NCBI GenBank assembly: GCA_013265495.1
Contig: MU057651.1
Span: 1,437,674 to 1,501,673 of the forward strand
DNA length: 64,000 bases
Direction of reading: 5' to 3'
Source of the DNA: Vicugna vicugna
Taxonomy: Eukaryota
Positions within the stretch are counted from its first letter, which is position 1. Each line of letters opens with the position of its first letter. The notes under the pieces are model-generated. The model was not told where the DNA came from and made no database searches. It saw nothing but the letters and a program-made list of their open reading frames with translations. Of the stretch, positions 1 through 12,089 are shown one piece after another. The position numbers and the translations under genes are program-made.

Positions 1-480
1 TATTTACAACAGCTAAAACATGGAAGCAAACCAAGCGTCCATCAACAGATGAATGGATAAATAAAATGTGGTGTATACATACAAGAAATATTATTCTGCC
101 TTAGAAAAGAAATTCTGACACATGTTACAACGTGGATGAATCTTGAGGACATTCTGCTAAGTGAAATAAGCCAGTTACAAAAGAATAAATACTGTATGAT
201 TCCACTTATATGAGGTACCTATCTAGAGTAGTCAAAATCATACAAAAGGCGGAAAGTAGAATGATGGTTGCTAGGGACTGGGGATAGAAGGTAATGGGAA
301 TTATTGTTTAATGGGTACAGAGTTTTAGTTTTTGCAAAATAAAGACTATGTGAGATGAGTGGTGGTGATGGTTGCAAAACATGTGAATGTACTTAATGCT
401 ACTGAACTATGCACTTAAAAATGGTTAAGATGTTACATTTTATGTTAAGTATATTTTACCACAATAAAAAAATGAAAAAA
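1..480 (+). mobile_element. L1 (L1MA/MB-like) 3' end
   Basis: Typical L1 3'UTR motifs (gtccatcaacagatgaatggataa, gtatgattccacttatatgaggtacc) ending in an A-rich tail. Confidence 0.85.
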
Positions 481-957
481 GATCTCAGATCTGTACACCA
501 AAAAGTCAACTTTACTGTATGATTTCGTAAATAAAATTCAAAAATATACATGAGAAGCAAAACACTGAACTCTCCCAGTCTCAGCTTTTACATCTACAAA
601 ATAAGTGATCCAGGATTCTAAGCCTTTACCCATAGCTTTTTCACTCTAGTTTTTTAACATTCAAATTTTCCAACATACAGAAAAGTACAAAAATAATATA
701 ATAAAAATCTCTGTGCCCACTATCCCGCTTTAATAAATTTGAACATTACTGATTCACTTGAAGCCCTGTGTATCCTCCCTAAGTACCATTCATCTCCTCT
801 ACTCCCTAACGAGGTGGAACCTTCATTCCGAAGGAGTTGGAGTTCTTCCTGTGTATCTATGTTTTTATACATTTGTACATTTGACTATATCCACAAGCCA
901 TATACATTGTTGTTTCATGTTTATCCTGTCAAATAAATGATATACTATATATAAATA

Positions 958-976
958 TGTGTGTGTGTGTGTGTGT
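958..976. repeat. (TG)n microsatellite inside a minus-strand old L1 remnant (~650-1130)
   Basis: Direct reading. Confidence 0.85.
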
Positions 977-2031
977 ATCCTTCTGCAAATTATGTTTCAT
1001 TCAACATGTTTTCCTCTAATTATCCATGTTGGCACATGTATTCTGTTTTTCACTGTTGTATATTATTATTCAGTTGACTACATTAGAAGTTATTTATACA
1101 GTGTATGTTGATGGACATCGGGATTTATGTTTTTCCTTTTAGGAACTACATTGAGATTTGCTTCCTGTAATTTGTATTATAAAAATAATAGATATATTTC
1201 CATCATCCCAGCACCTAAGGTCCTTCCACTCTGACCTTCTGTTTCCATAAGTCCTTGGTCTGAGATTATAAATGTTTTGCCCACTGTGGGAGGCCCCACA
1301 GCACAAGCCTCTCATGTAGCAGGGAATGCAGTTAGGCTCTTACATCTTTTAACTCACTTCTCAGAATGCATGGCAAAAATCACTGAATCTAGGTGGAGGT
1401 CATACCAGTGTTTGGTGCACTGCCCTGTTAATTTTTCCATATGTTTGAAAATTTTCAGAATAAAAATTGGAAAACAAAAAACAAGTAAAGAAAAACAAAC
1501 AAGTATAACAGGAAAGCTTGGCTGGCTCTCCCTGTGGGCATGAAGATAACTTTCTGGTTGCATAACTTTCTGGTGGCAACTGGTGCTTTCCCACCTCCTT
1601 GTTCTGGACCAGATGGGGCCATCCAACTGCAGAGACTCTAAAACCTTTCTTCCTGTGAATTTCAGGAAGCTGACCAAAGGTCCCATCTGGAAGGTGCTCA
1701 ACTAATAAAAGGGGTTACTTATCCAAAAGCAGTTTTCATTCTGAAACTCTACTTATCTGCATGAAAACAGTTGTCCTTCCCTGGGATCCTAATTCCAACA
1801 GTAAAGTACACAGACGGTGAAGTGTCAAGACAAAGATAATGCTATATATTATTAACACTTATTGATTACTTAGTCTATGTTAGGTTTCATGCTAAGGGAT
1901 TAACACGGATCATCTCTCATCTAATTGTCACCACCAAAGAAGTAGTTACTATTCATAGCCTTCTTTGATAAATGAGGAAATAGAGGCTAAGACTTTAAGC
2001 CTTGCTCAGAAGGCTCAAGAAGTGGCAGAAC

Positions 2032-2990
2032 TGAGCTCACACAACTCAATAACAACAAAATCAACCCAATCAAAAAATGGGCAGAAGACCTAAACAGACA
2101 TTTCTCCAATGAAGACACACAGATGGCCAATAGGCACATGAAAAGATGCTCAGTATTGCTAATTATTAGAGAAATGCAAACCAAAACTACAATGAGGTAT
2201 CACCTCACACCAGTCAGAATGGTCATCATTACAAAGTTCATGAATAAATGCTGGAGAGGGTGTAGAGAAAAGGGAACCCGTCCGGTGCAGCCATTATGGA
2301 AAATAGTATGAAGATTCCTCAAAAAAATAAAAATAGACTTGCCATATGATCCAGCAATCCCATTCCTGGGCATATATCCAGAGGAAGCTCTAAATCAAAA
2401 AGATACATGCACCCCACTGTTCATAGCAGCACTATTTACATAGCCAAGACATGGAAGCAACCCAAATGTCCATCAACAGATGACTGGATAAAGACATAGT
2501 GTGGATGAAGAAGATGGACTGGATAAAGAAGATACATACACACGCCACACTAGTATTACTCAGCCAAAAGAATGAAATAATGCCATTTGTAGGAACATGG
2601 GTGGACCTAGAGATTATCATGCTGAGTGAAATAAATCAGACGAAGACAATCATATCACCTATATGTGGAATCTAAAAAAAATGACACAAATGAACTTATG
2701 TACAAAACAGAAACAGACTCACAGACATAAAAAACAAACCTATGGTTACCAACGGGGAAGGAAGAAAGGGATAAATTAGGAGTTTGGGATTAACAGATAC
2801 ACACTACTATACATAAAATAGATAAACAATAAGGACCTACTGTATAGCACAAGGAACTATAGTCAATATCTTATAATAACAAATAATGGAAAATAATCTG
2901 AAAAAAATATGCAAATGTATAAATGAATCACTGTGTTGTACAGCAGAAACTAACACATTATAAATCAACCATACTTCAATTAAAAAAAAA
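2032..2990 (+). mobile_element. 5'-truncated, relatively young L1 (ORF2 C-terminus plus 3'UTR) inserted into a MIR
   Basis: ORF 2123-2311 [33 protein letters not shown] resembles the L1 ORF2 C-terminus. Poly(A) tail and TSD aagtggcagaac at 2020-2031 and 2989-3000. Confidence 0.92.
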
Positions 2991-5900
2991 GTGGCAGAAC
3001 CACAATTATAACCTAAAGCTATCTACTTCCACTGCTCTCTTCAAGATTCCGTGAAACGTATCTATCCAACAAAGCAAATGTTGAATAGCAGAGTACATCA
3101 TATATATTCGTTTGAACAATGAAATACTATGCATTCATTAGAAATCTTGTTTAGAAGAATACTTAATAACAATGGGGAATAGTCGTGGCATATTAACTTT
3201 TAATAAATTGCAAAGTAGCATGTACAGAATAATCCCAATTTTGTTTTGAAAAATGGGTGTATACACACAGAGGACTGGGAGGAAAGTATATCAACATATT
3301 AACAAGGAATTATCAGTTATTATTTTCTTCTTTATTGTTTTCTGTAATGTTTGATATTTTCCTCACAGTGAGCATGGATTACTTTTAAAATGAAAATGAA
3401 ACATCTCTACTTTTTCTCTATCCACTGCACAGCTCCTACAGATCTTACCCAAACCTTATCTATTTTTTCCCCCGCCGGAATTACTTTTGCCCAATAATTA
3501 GCACAGTAGATTCTGAAGTTGGCTTCCAAAAGGACCAGGTGGGCTGACAAAGTATAAAGAGGCCCAAAATGATCAATCCCCATTCCTCTGCTGAGAACAC
3601 CTTGTTATGCTTCCCCAGATGGGAAAAGTCATCTACATCTCCAGCCTCACTTTTACCTTGAGATAATATACATCCAAACACATGTTGAAAGCAAAACAGC
3701 CCAGGGAGGGAGAAAAGGAAAAAAAAAAGTCATTCCTGCTCCAAAAACCTTGAGGGAGACATCTAGGAGAAGATTTGGGGAGATGACAATACTGAGTCAG
3801 AAACTGTGGGCCAAGACTGTAGAAGTCAAAGCTCCCAGGAGAGAACAAAATTGAGTTTGTATACATTGGGAGGAAAGCCACTTCTGCTGTGTATGGAAGG
3901 GGAGGAGAGCCGTGAACAGTCAGAAAGCTTCCCTCTTCTAAGCATTAAGGAACAATATGTACAGTTGCAAGGCAGCAACCTGCCAGGGGCTCCAAGGACA
4001 GCAGGCACCAGAATAGCATCCACATATGAAAGGGAACTTGTCTCCTTGAATTGCCGCTTATTTACTATGGATTTTCTAGGTTCCTGGTCTTTTTCCCTGT
4101 GAAATCTTCAGCATTCATATACAGGGCATCCTCTTCCCTGCAGAGAACAGCCTTAGTGAAGCTGCTCAGGTCAGAGGCAGTCTCCCAAACACCCTTTTCA
4201 GTAATGAGTCCAAAGCTAAATTGAAAAGCAGCTACCTCTGAGGTGAAGATGCTGAAAGGCTGATCCTTTGGAGGTTCCAGAGCAGCTGGTCTGTTGAGCA
4301 CTGGGAAAGGGGGTGCTGAGATGGTAAAACCATCCCGAGACATTGACATAACAGGTTCAGTCTGAGCCTGTCTCATGAACTTTGAACAGTCCGAGAGATA
4401 TGAGTCTCCCTGGGGAGGATCCTGCTGTTTAAAAATTTCAGAGTATAATAAATGGGATCTAGAAAAAGAGAGGGTCATGGGGCTACGGATCTCTCATAAT
4501 ATCACGTGGCCCCCAAGGCCAAAAGCATCAGTCTCACCATGTTGAGATCACGTCAGGCTGTCCTCAGGCCCCTCTTGCACCCCCATGCTTCCATCACCTA
4601 CCTTGGCTCACATTCGGCCTACAACCCTGTCTCCATCCAGCAATGCACCCTCTGCTCTTGGCAGCACAGATGAAATTTCCTCTCATCTCCTTCAAAGGCC
4701 TGTCCAGACTGACTCAGCAGATACTCACGACCAAATCCTGCTTGCATCACAGATCCACCCCTCTCCATGTGTACATGAGAATGAGCAGATTTAAGGGTTT
4801 CAGTGTTGTGGGTGGGCTGGGGGTCCCCATACCCCACACTTCCTGAGGCAGAGGATGGAAGCCAGATCTCAGCTCTATATTTTTCTTACCTGGGGTAGGG
4901 TAGGGGGAAGAGCTCTCTGCCATTCAAACTGCCCGGATCAGTGACTTGCCCCCCTTAAGTACCCTTACCCTTGCAAGCACACACTTGGATAACCGGGACA
5001 TTAAGCAGTGGATGTTCACAAGGCAGCTAAGCTGTGTGATTACAGACCAACGCCTGGGAAATCTTAAGTCATTCCCTGTCCTTCACCTATTCCTTCAAAA
5101 TACCCCAGCTCAGAGAGAGGAGAGTCCCAACAGGCTAGCTTCTCTAAGAGGCTCCCAGTCCCTTGTGAAACCAAGAATTTCATCCTCCTCTAAAAACAGC
5201 AGCCAGGACACCAAAGAGCAAGCTGGAAATTAACAGGCTGCCAGCACTCAGAGCCTTTTATGGTGGCAGGATCCACGGAGACTGGGACGGGGTAGTGAGT
5301 ACTTGCTACCAAGTTATGACAACACCTTCCTTAAGCCTGGAGAACAGATTCCAACAGAGAGCAGGAAACTCCGAACTCCCCAGTGCTGCCCAAGGCTGCT
5401 CCTGGCCACACCTGTAGTTCACTGGACTGGTGGCTCTTCAGCACCAGCCCCACCTATCAGATGCAATGGAGAGCTCCTAGATTTCCTCCGCTTCAGCTGG
5501 GGGAGGACCACGTAAATGTATTATCATATGCTAACTCTGCTCCAAGAACAACATTACACACACCAGAGACCTCTCCCCTTCCCCAAGCAGAGGGTTAGAC
5601 TTCCCAGGTCTTGGAAAAGCTGAGGGCTGCCTAGGCTAGAGCTTGGAAGTAGGAGTATCCTCCCCACACCACTGAAAGAAATGTCTCGGGGCCCTGAGAG
5701 CAGCACAGTTTCCAGATGCCAAGAGCCCAGGTCTCCAGCTGACAAGTAAGTCCAGATGGCACAAGAATTTTGGCAAGGAGGTACAGAAACAGCTGACTCA
5801 GACCAGCGGCTGCTCCTTTTTATCCAGTGAGCCTGTTGTGGTTAGTAACTAAAAAGCCAGGATTTTCTAGCCTTGGGAAGAGACCAGATCATCTACAGAA

Positions 5901-6277
5901 AGCATCAACAGTCACCAATAAGGAAGGACTGGCTGGCTTTCAAGTCACATCTGATACAAACACACGTGACAGCTGCAGAGGGTCCCCAAGCCTCAGGAAG
6001 AGAAAGATCCCTGCTCTGATCCTTACGCCAAAAAGTGTGACTATAAACTCTGTGTATCTATCTGTATCCCAAAAGAGCATGGGATGATATCACCAGGACG
6101 AACTGCAGCTTTCCAGAACTTTGCCCCACTCCAACTATGGGATTCCTTTTAAATACTTGAGAAATCTGTCCCGCTGTCTTTGAGCTTATGAATGAAGTCC
6201 CTGTCTTACTGCACACATGTAATTTCCTCTTCCATCCTCCCCTCTCTTTCAGGATGCTAGATTTAATAGCTCTAAAT

Positions 6278-6670
6278 GCAGGGTCAGCAAAATATGGTCC
6301 TGCTCTTATGTTTGGGTTGGAGGGGGGCGCTTTGTGTGGTAAATACACATAACATAAAATTTACGATCTTCACTGTTTTTAAGCACATAGTTCAGTGGCA
6401 TTAAGTCCATTCACCATGTTAAACAACCATCACCATCTCCAGAACTTTTTCAATTGATCCTCTTATTTCTGTAAATAAAGTTTTACTGGAATACAGCCAA
6501 ATACATATACACAAACACAAACACATATACATGTATCCATATATATACAGTATTGCCATTGCTTTCATGCTACAGCAACAGTTACATGGTTAAAACAGAG
6601 ATTATATGGCCTACAACATCCAAAACATTTAGTATCCCCTCCTGTACAGAGAAAGTTTGCAGACCTCTGC
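6278..6670. mobile_element. MER58-like hAT relic interrupted by a short minus-strand L1 3' end (~6330-6455)
   Basis: cagggtcagcaaa..ataaagttttactggaatacagcca..gaaagtttgcagacctctg termini and core motifs. Confidence 0.65.
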
Positions 6671-8524
6671 TCTAAACCAAAATATATACTGGATTTCTAG
6701 TTTAAAATAGCACTTGCTTAACAGCCGCTAACACATACTCCCCCGCTTTCCACTAAAATACCTACGAAGATACAGAAAATGATAAAAAACTCCCCCCAGA
6801 TTACTGAAAACTTCGACTGATGGTCATCCTATTATGAGAATCTGACAGAAATCTCCATTAACAATAAAGCTAATGCTGAAATGAGGGAAAAAACAATCTG
6901 TGGCCAAGTCGTGCAGCAGAAACCTGAAACAAGATAGGAAGACAGAGTCCTTACACCACTGTCAGCCTCATGGCTTAGAAATGGGGAGTTCATCTAGTAA
7001 TCAGCAAACTGAACAGCCAAGAATCCACTACAGGGCTACTGCTTGCAAAAGAAACCAACAGCTCCCCAAACTGGGCTATATCCATTCACAGACTCCTCTC
7101 ATAAATCAGAAGGGCTGAAGGGATGGCTTTGGTGCTGTCACACTACCTTCTGGAAGCAGGAATCTTCACAAGTAAAACTCAGGGGCCAATGCATATAGGA
7201 GGTTGTAGTTGTTTACATATTTTATATGTTTAGAGTTTCAAGAGAATCTAGTAGTAGGGGTAAGCGATTCCACATGGGTTCAGCAGAAGCCACAAGATGA
7301 AGCTGCTAAATGCTGGAAGGTGGGCTGGAAAGCTCTGTGCATCAGCCTGGCCACCAGGAGTCAAGCTCAGAAGGGGTTCTAACCAATATCTAAGAGGATA
7401 TGAGGATAGTCAAAGGAAATCCACATACCTTGTGTCTTTAAGAAATAATAAATAAATCTTCCTTCAATTTTGAATAAACATACCCAAAAGATAGCATGGT
7501 TCCTATGAAAACCTCTGGCAGCAGAAGGGAAACGCAGATCATTCTGAAGACTTGGAATAAACACAAAAGTCTAAATTTAGTGTCTGAACCAGAAGAAGTA
7601 TTTTAGAAAACTGTATCCTCAAGAGAATACAAGAAAACATGGACTCTCTGAAACAGGTATAGAAAGCCACTGGAATAAAACATATTGAAAAGGAAAGATA
7701 AACGAGGGTGAAAAGAGAGCTCAGCAAAGCAAGGGAGAATTACAAAGAAATATCGTAGCAGCAGAATTACATTTCACATTGGAGATGGCAAAGAGCAAAA
7801 TCTATCAAATTCATTGTTTGGAAGCCAAACCTGAACCTCTCCCAAGTATGCAGAGGAAAAGGAAAGCTGACTAGAAATCCAACAAAGGTTGTTATTAGGA
7901 AAACTATTAATGTAACATGCCAAATGGGGAAGTCAAAGGAGAAAACCCCAATGAACCTCTCAATAGATTCTCAAAAAGCATTAGCTAAATTCAACAACCA
8001 TTCATAATTTTTAAAAGGGGATTTCTTCACATTATAAAGGACATCTAATCTAAACCAACAACCAACACAGTCAATAGTGAAAGCACTGAAATCATTTCCA
8101 TTAAAATCAGAAACAAGGCAAGAATTCCTGCCCGCACCACTATTATTTAACAGTGTCCTGGAAGTTCTATCCAATACAGCCAATGCAATCAGGCTTGAAA
8201 AAAAGCTTTGCAATTTAAAAAGAAATAAAGTTATGATATGGGTGTTGATACCATTAATTTCCAAACTAATTCAAGTGGAAAAACTGAGAAACTACTAGAA
8301 GTGTGAAGTATAGTGGCCAAGATAAAATAAACATGTAAAACCAAAATTTTTCTTACACACCAATAATAACTAGTTTGAAAAGGTAATAAATATTTTCTGA
8401 TATCATTTATCAGAAACTACAAACCATCCAGGAATGATGTTGATGGGAAATACATGGGATACACAATCCACACACATGGCTAAAGAACATATAAGAAAAC
8501 GTGAATAAATTAACAAATATACTG

Positions 8525-8687
8525 GGGGAGGGATAAATTAGGGGGTAGGGATTAAAAGACACACACTATTACATATAAAATAGATAAACAACAAGGACCT
8601 ACTGTATAGTATGGGGAACTATATCCAATTTCTTGTAATAAGCTATAATGGAACAGAATGTGAAAATACATGTATATGTATATATAC

Positions 8688-8737
<50 letters not shown>

Positions 8738-8797
8738 ATAAAACTGAATTGCTTTGCTGTACACCTAAAACTAACATTGTAAATCAACTACACTTGA

Positions 8798-8853
<56 letters not shown>

Positions 8854-8883
8854 GAAAGAAAGAAAGAAAGAAAGAACGAAAAT
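8525..8883 (+). mobile_element. Short young L1 3' end with internal (TATATG)n (~8667-8740) and a (GAAA)n tail (~8796-8877)
   Basis: Same 3'UTR as 2770-2990; TSD aaatatactg at 8515-8524 and 8884-8893. Confidence 0.88.
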
Positions 8884-9176
8884 AAATATACTGTCTTTTC
8901 CTGAATAGAGACTCAATATGGTAATGATATTAATGCAATTTTAGGTTTAAAGTAATTCCAATCAAAATAAGAGGATAAAACATTCTAAGTTAATTTGAAA
9001 GGAAAAAATGGTTCAGATCAGCTATGAAAAAAGTGTAGGTAAATTAATAGGCTGGGGAGAGTGTTGAAGAGAGATCTGGCCTGCTAGCTGTTGCGAATAC
9101 AAGTATGAAACTGGTGGCAAACACAACAGAGACACTGATGGGATGGTATAACAAGCCCGCAAATAAACCCTAGTAC

Positions 9177-9738
9177 TGAGAAGAAAGAAATTTTCCTCTA
9201 TCCTTCTAGGTTCTTCCAGCTGGTCTAAGAATTCAATTGGCATGAGGCAGATTAACAGAAAAAAATCAAACAAAATTTACCAACATGTATACATGGGAGA
9301 GACCCAGGAGAACTGAGCAACTCACCAAAGTGGCCAAAACCCTCACCTTAAATATCATCTTCAGCTAAAGACAAAAGAGGATGCTGGGTGTATTGGTTTG
9401 GGACTTCAAAGGGAGAGAAAGGCAAGTCACATGGAGATGGAAAAGCAAATGTTTGGTAAAAAAATGTTTGCTGAGCTAGGCAGAGATGATTGGACACAGA
9501 GGGGACTCTGATTTCCAGGGTCTGCCTAGAGTTTCCCTCACTATGCTTAGTCCTTTGCACACATCTCTGGTGATAGCTTAATTTCAGAAACAGGCCCTTT
9601 ACTTAAAATCTTTAGGTAGCTAAGTGGGAGGTAAAAAGAAAGACTTCCTGAGTCTTCTGTTTCCTAAAAATAATCAGCCTAAATTAATCTTCATGCCAAA
9701 GAGAAATGTCTTGAGGTGGCAAATTTTGTTCCGCTACA
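9177..9738 (-). mobile_element. Solo ERV1 LTR, MER34-like
   Basis: TG..CA termini; the reverse complement begins tgtagcggaacaaaatttgccacctcaa..ttggcatgaagatta, homologous to the copies at 17483 and 22040. Confidence 0.7.
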
Positions 9739-10228
9739 CTAGTAGTATACATAAGAATTTATGTATGATAAAATGTAACAGCAATAATCATAGGGAAATA
9801 GTTAATCAACAAACAGTGCTCAAATAAATGACAATTGGGGGAAAATATGTTCTATCCCTACCTCACACTACTCACAAAATGAATTCTAGATGAACTGACA
9901 GGTAAGTATTTTAAAAAACAATTTAAAAATTAGATTGTTTATCCGATCTTAGAATGGAAAAAAATCTTAAAGCATAAAAGCACTGAAGAAATTGCCATGG
10001 TCTGAAGGTGGTTTGGAAATCAGTCAATTTGACCAATAAAAACATAAACATATATCAAAAGCATCATCAACGAATTGGAAGGCAGTCTGGGGAAAATATT
10101 TACTACAAAGGTGATAACGGATACTCTTTATATATGAGCAATTCATGAAGATCAACAAGAGAAATATCTCTTTATAAAAAACTGGGCAGAGAATTTGAAG
10201 TGACGGTTCACAAATTAAAATACATAAT

Positions 10229-10340
10229 GGGGGGGAGCTCAATGATAGAGTGCGTGCTTAGCATGCACTAGGACCTGGGTTCAATCCCCAGTGCCTCCAT
10301 TAAAATAAACAAACTTAATTAACTCCCTCCCCCTCAAAAG
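10229..10340 (+). mobile_element. Vic-1-type camelid tRNA-derived SINE
   Basis: agctcaatgatagagtgcgtgcttagcatgcac..gggttcaatccccagtgcctcc followed by an A-rich tail. Confidence 0.85.
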
Positions 10341-10421
10341 TTTTTTAAAATATATTTATAATGAGTAATAAGCACAGGCTACACATTTGGAATCTTCTGT
10401 AATGGAATTTGAAGGCAAAAT

Positions 10422-10450
10422 AACAACAACAACAACAACAACAACAACAA
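10422..10450. repeat. (AAC)n microsatellite
   Basis: Direct reading. Confidence 0.9.
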
Positions 10451-11589
10451 AACAATAATAATGAGGAAAAAGACAAGCAGAAAGAAAAAGAGAAGCTACC
10501 AGTGTAATATGGGGGGAGCTGAGGAGTACCTGACTGTACTACCACACAGCCCTCTTTCCTCTCCCTTAGGTTTGCAAAAGGGAATCTTATTTACAAAGAA
10601 CCCGAGAGGCAGGCTGGTTCATATGTGACTGGTCATGTTCCCTAAAGGTAACTGAGACAGGCAACTTTTTTTGAAGTTGCTGGCAGGGCAGTAAGCACAG
10701 AATGTTCTCTAAGGATATACTGATTTTACTCAAACCTGAGGAAGAGAACAAATTCTGTGGCCTGCATATTGAAGATGGTAGATAGCTCTTCAGATGAAAA
10801 CCACCTAAAACAGCCAAATGAATAAAAAGAAAATGGCTCAGACTCAGAGACGCAGAACATTGCCTATACAGACACAACACAAAGAGCAATTCTGGTGCTG
10901 CTATATGAGCATCCACAGCATCCAGGAGCCAGGAATGGAAGTGGGGTGGGGTGTGCACAGGCGGGCAGGTGGCAGGATAAGAGATGGTCAGAAGCCAAAC
11001 ACTACCAGGCTGGAATTCTGGAAGCTGGAGATATTAGAGATCAAAAGAGCACCACGCCCAAAGTTGCTACAGTGGTGGGCCAGGCAGAAACCCCTTCCAA
11101 TCTCAGCACCACATTCTAGTTACATCCTTTTCACTTAGGCAGCCAGTTCTAGCAGTAGACTTAGCAAGTCACATGTCAACTGAGGGCACATAAATGAAGC
11201 CCTCCGGGACTCAGCCAGAACACTGGGGAATTGTTATTCCATCTTGTCAAGGGCCCCATGGGAACCCTGTGAAGACTCCTGCTCCTTCACCACCTCCAAG
11301 AGAACTGGCAGTCCCTGCCCAGCATGGGGCATGCAGCCTGCTGGGTATACCATACCCACTTCCTGCAGTGACTGGGAATGCCTCCACAAAGAACATGCCA
11401 GCCCGAGCTTAGCTGGGAAGCAGACAAACTCATGTGTGGCTGGCACAACAAAGGGCTGATAGAAAAAGCAAGATATGGGTAGACAGAACCCACAGAGCAC
11501 ACTGACCACAGCAGTGCCGTCTGTGTATGGAATTTTCAGTGGGATGTTTTCATGCTAACAGAAGAGCAGAAAACATTCACTTAAGCAAC

Positions 11590-11810
11590 ATAAGGCAGTG
11601 ATTAGGAGCACAGGCTCTGAAGTCAGAGAGAAACTGGATCAAATCCCACCTATACCACTCTTAAGTCACTTAAGTCACTTAAGCTTTCTCAGCCTGTTAC
11701 CTTGATCTAACTGGGGATACTATTTGTACCACCCACATAGGTTTGTTGGAAGGGTTAAATGAGATAATCCATGTTAAATGTTTCCCACCTTGCCTAGGCA
11801 CACAGTAAAC
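11590..11810 (+). mobile_element. MIR SINE
   Basis: ggctctgaagtcaga..gggttaaatgagataatccatgt..gcctaggcacacagtaa core. Confidence 0.7.
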
Positions 11811-12089
11811 CCGATTATGAGAATTAGCAGGGAATCACAACTCTACCACTACCCAATCTCAGCCAAACTATTTATTTAGTATCTCTTGGCCCCAACTGCT
11901 TTATTTGTAGTAGATATAATGTATTCCCTATCTCATAGCATTATTTGAAGTATTAGATGAGCTCATTTAAGACAAAGCACTTTGAAAACAGTAAACAGAG
12001 CTATACTAATATAAGGTGGAATGATTATTTTAAGAGCTGACTACTTTCTAAAACACTGATTTTCAACTTCACACTGCATTTGGTATTTT

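Larger units (their letters stand above)
7880..10228 (+). mobile_element. Fragmented old L1 ORF2 (RT region onward), interrupted by younger insertions
   Basis: ORF 8077-8298 LKSFPLKSETRQEFLPAPLLFNSVLEVL resembles L1 RT [28 protein letters not shown]. Confidence 0.75.

Noticed and set aside
1500..1700. Possible orthologue of the human intronic MIR3978 in this intron
   Set aside because: Only a short ggaaagca-like match to the recalled mature sequence, and no hairpin could be supported.
8552..8904. Low-complexity ORFs (YI, TY, CI and KERK repeats)
   Set aside because: These are translations of microsatellites.
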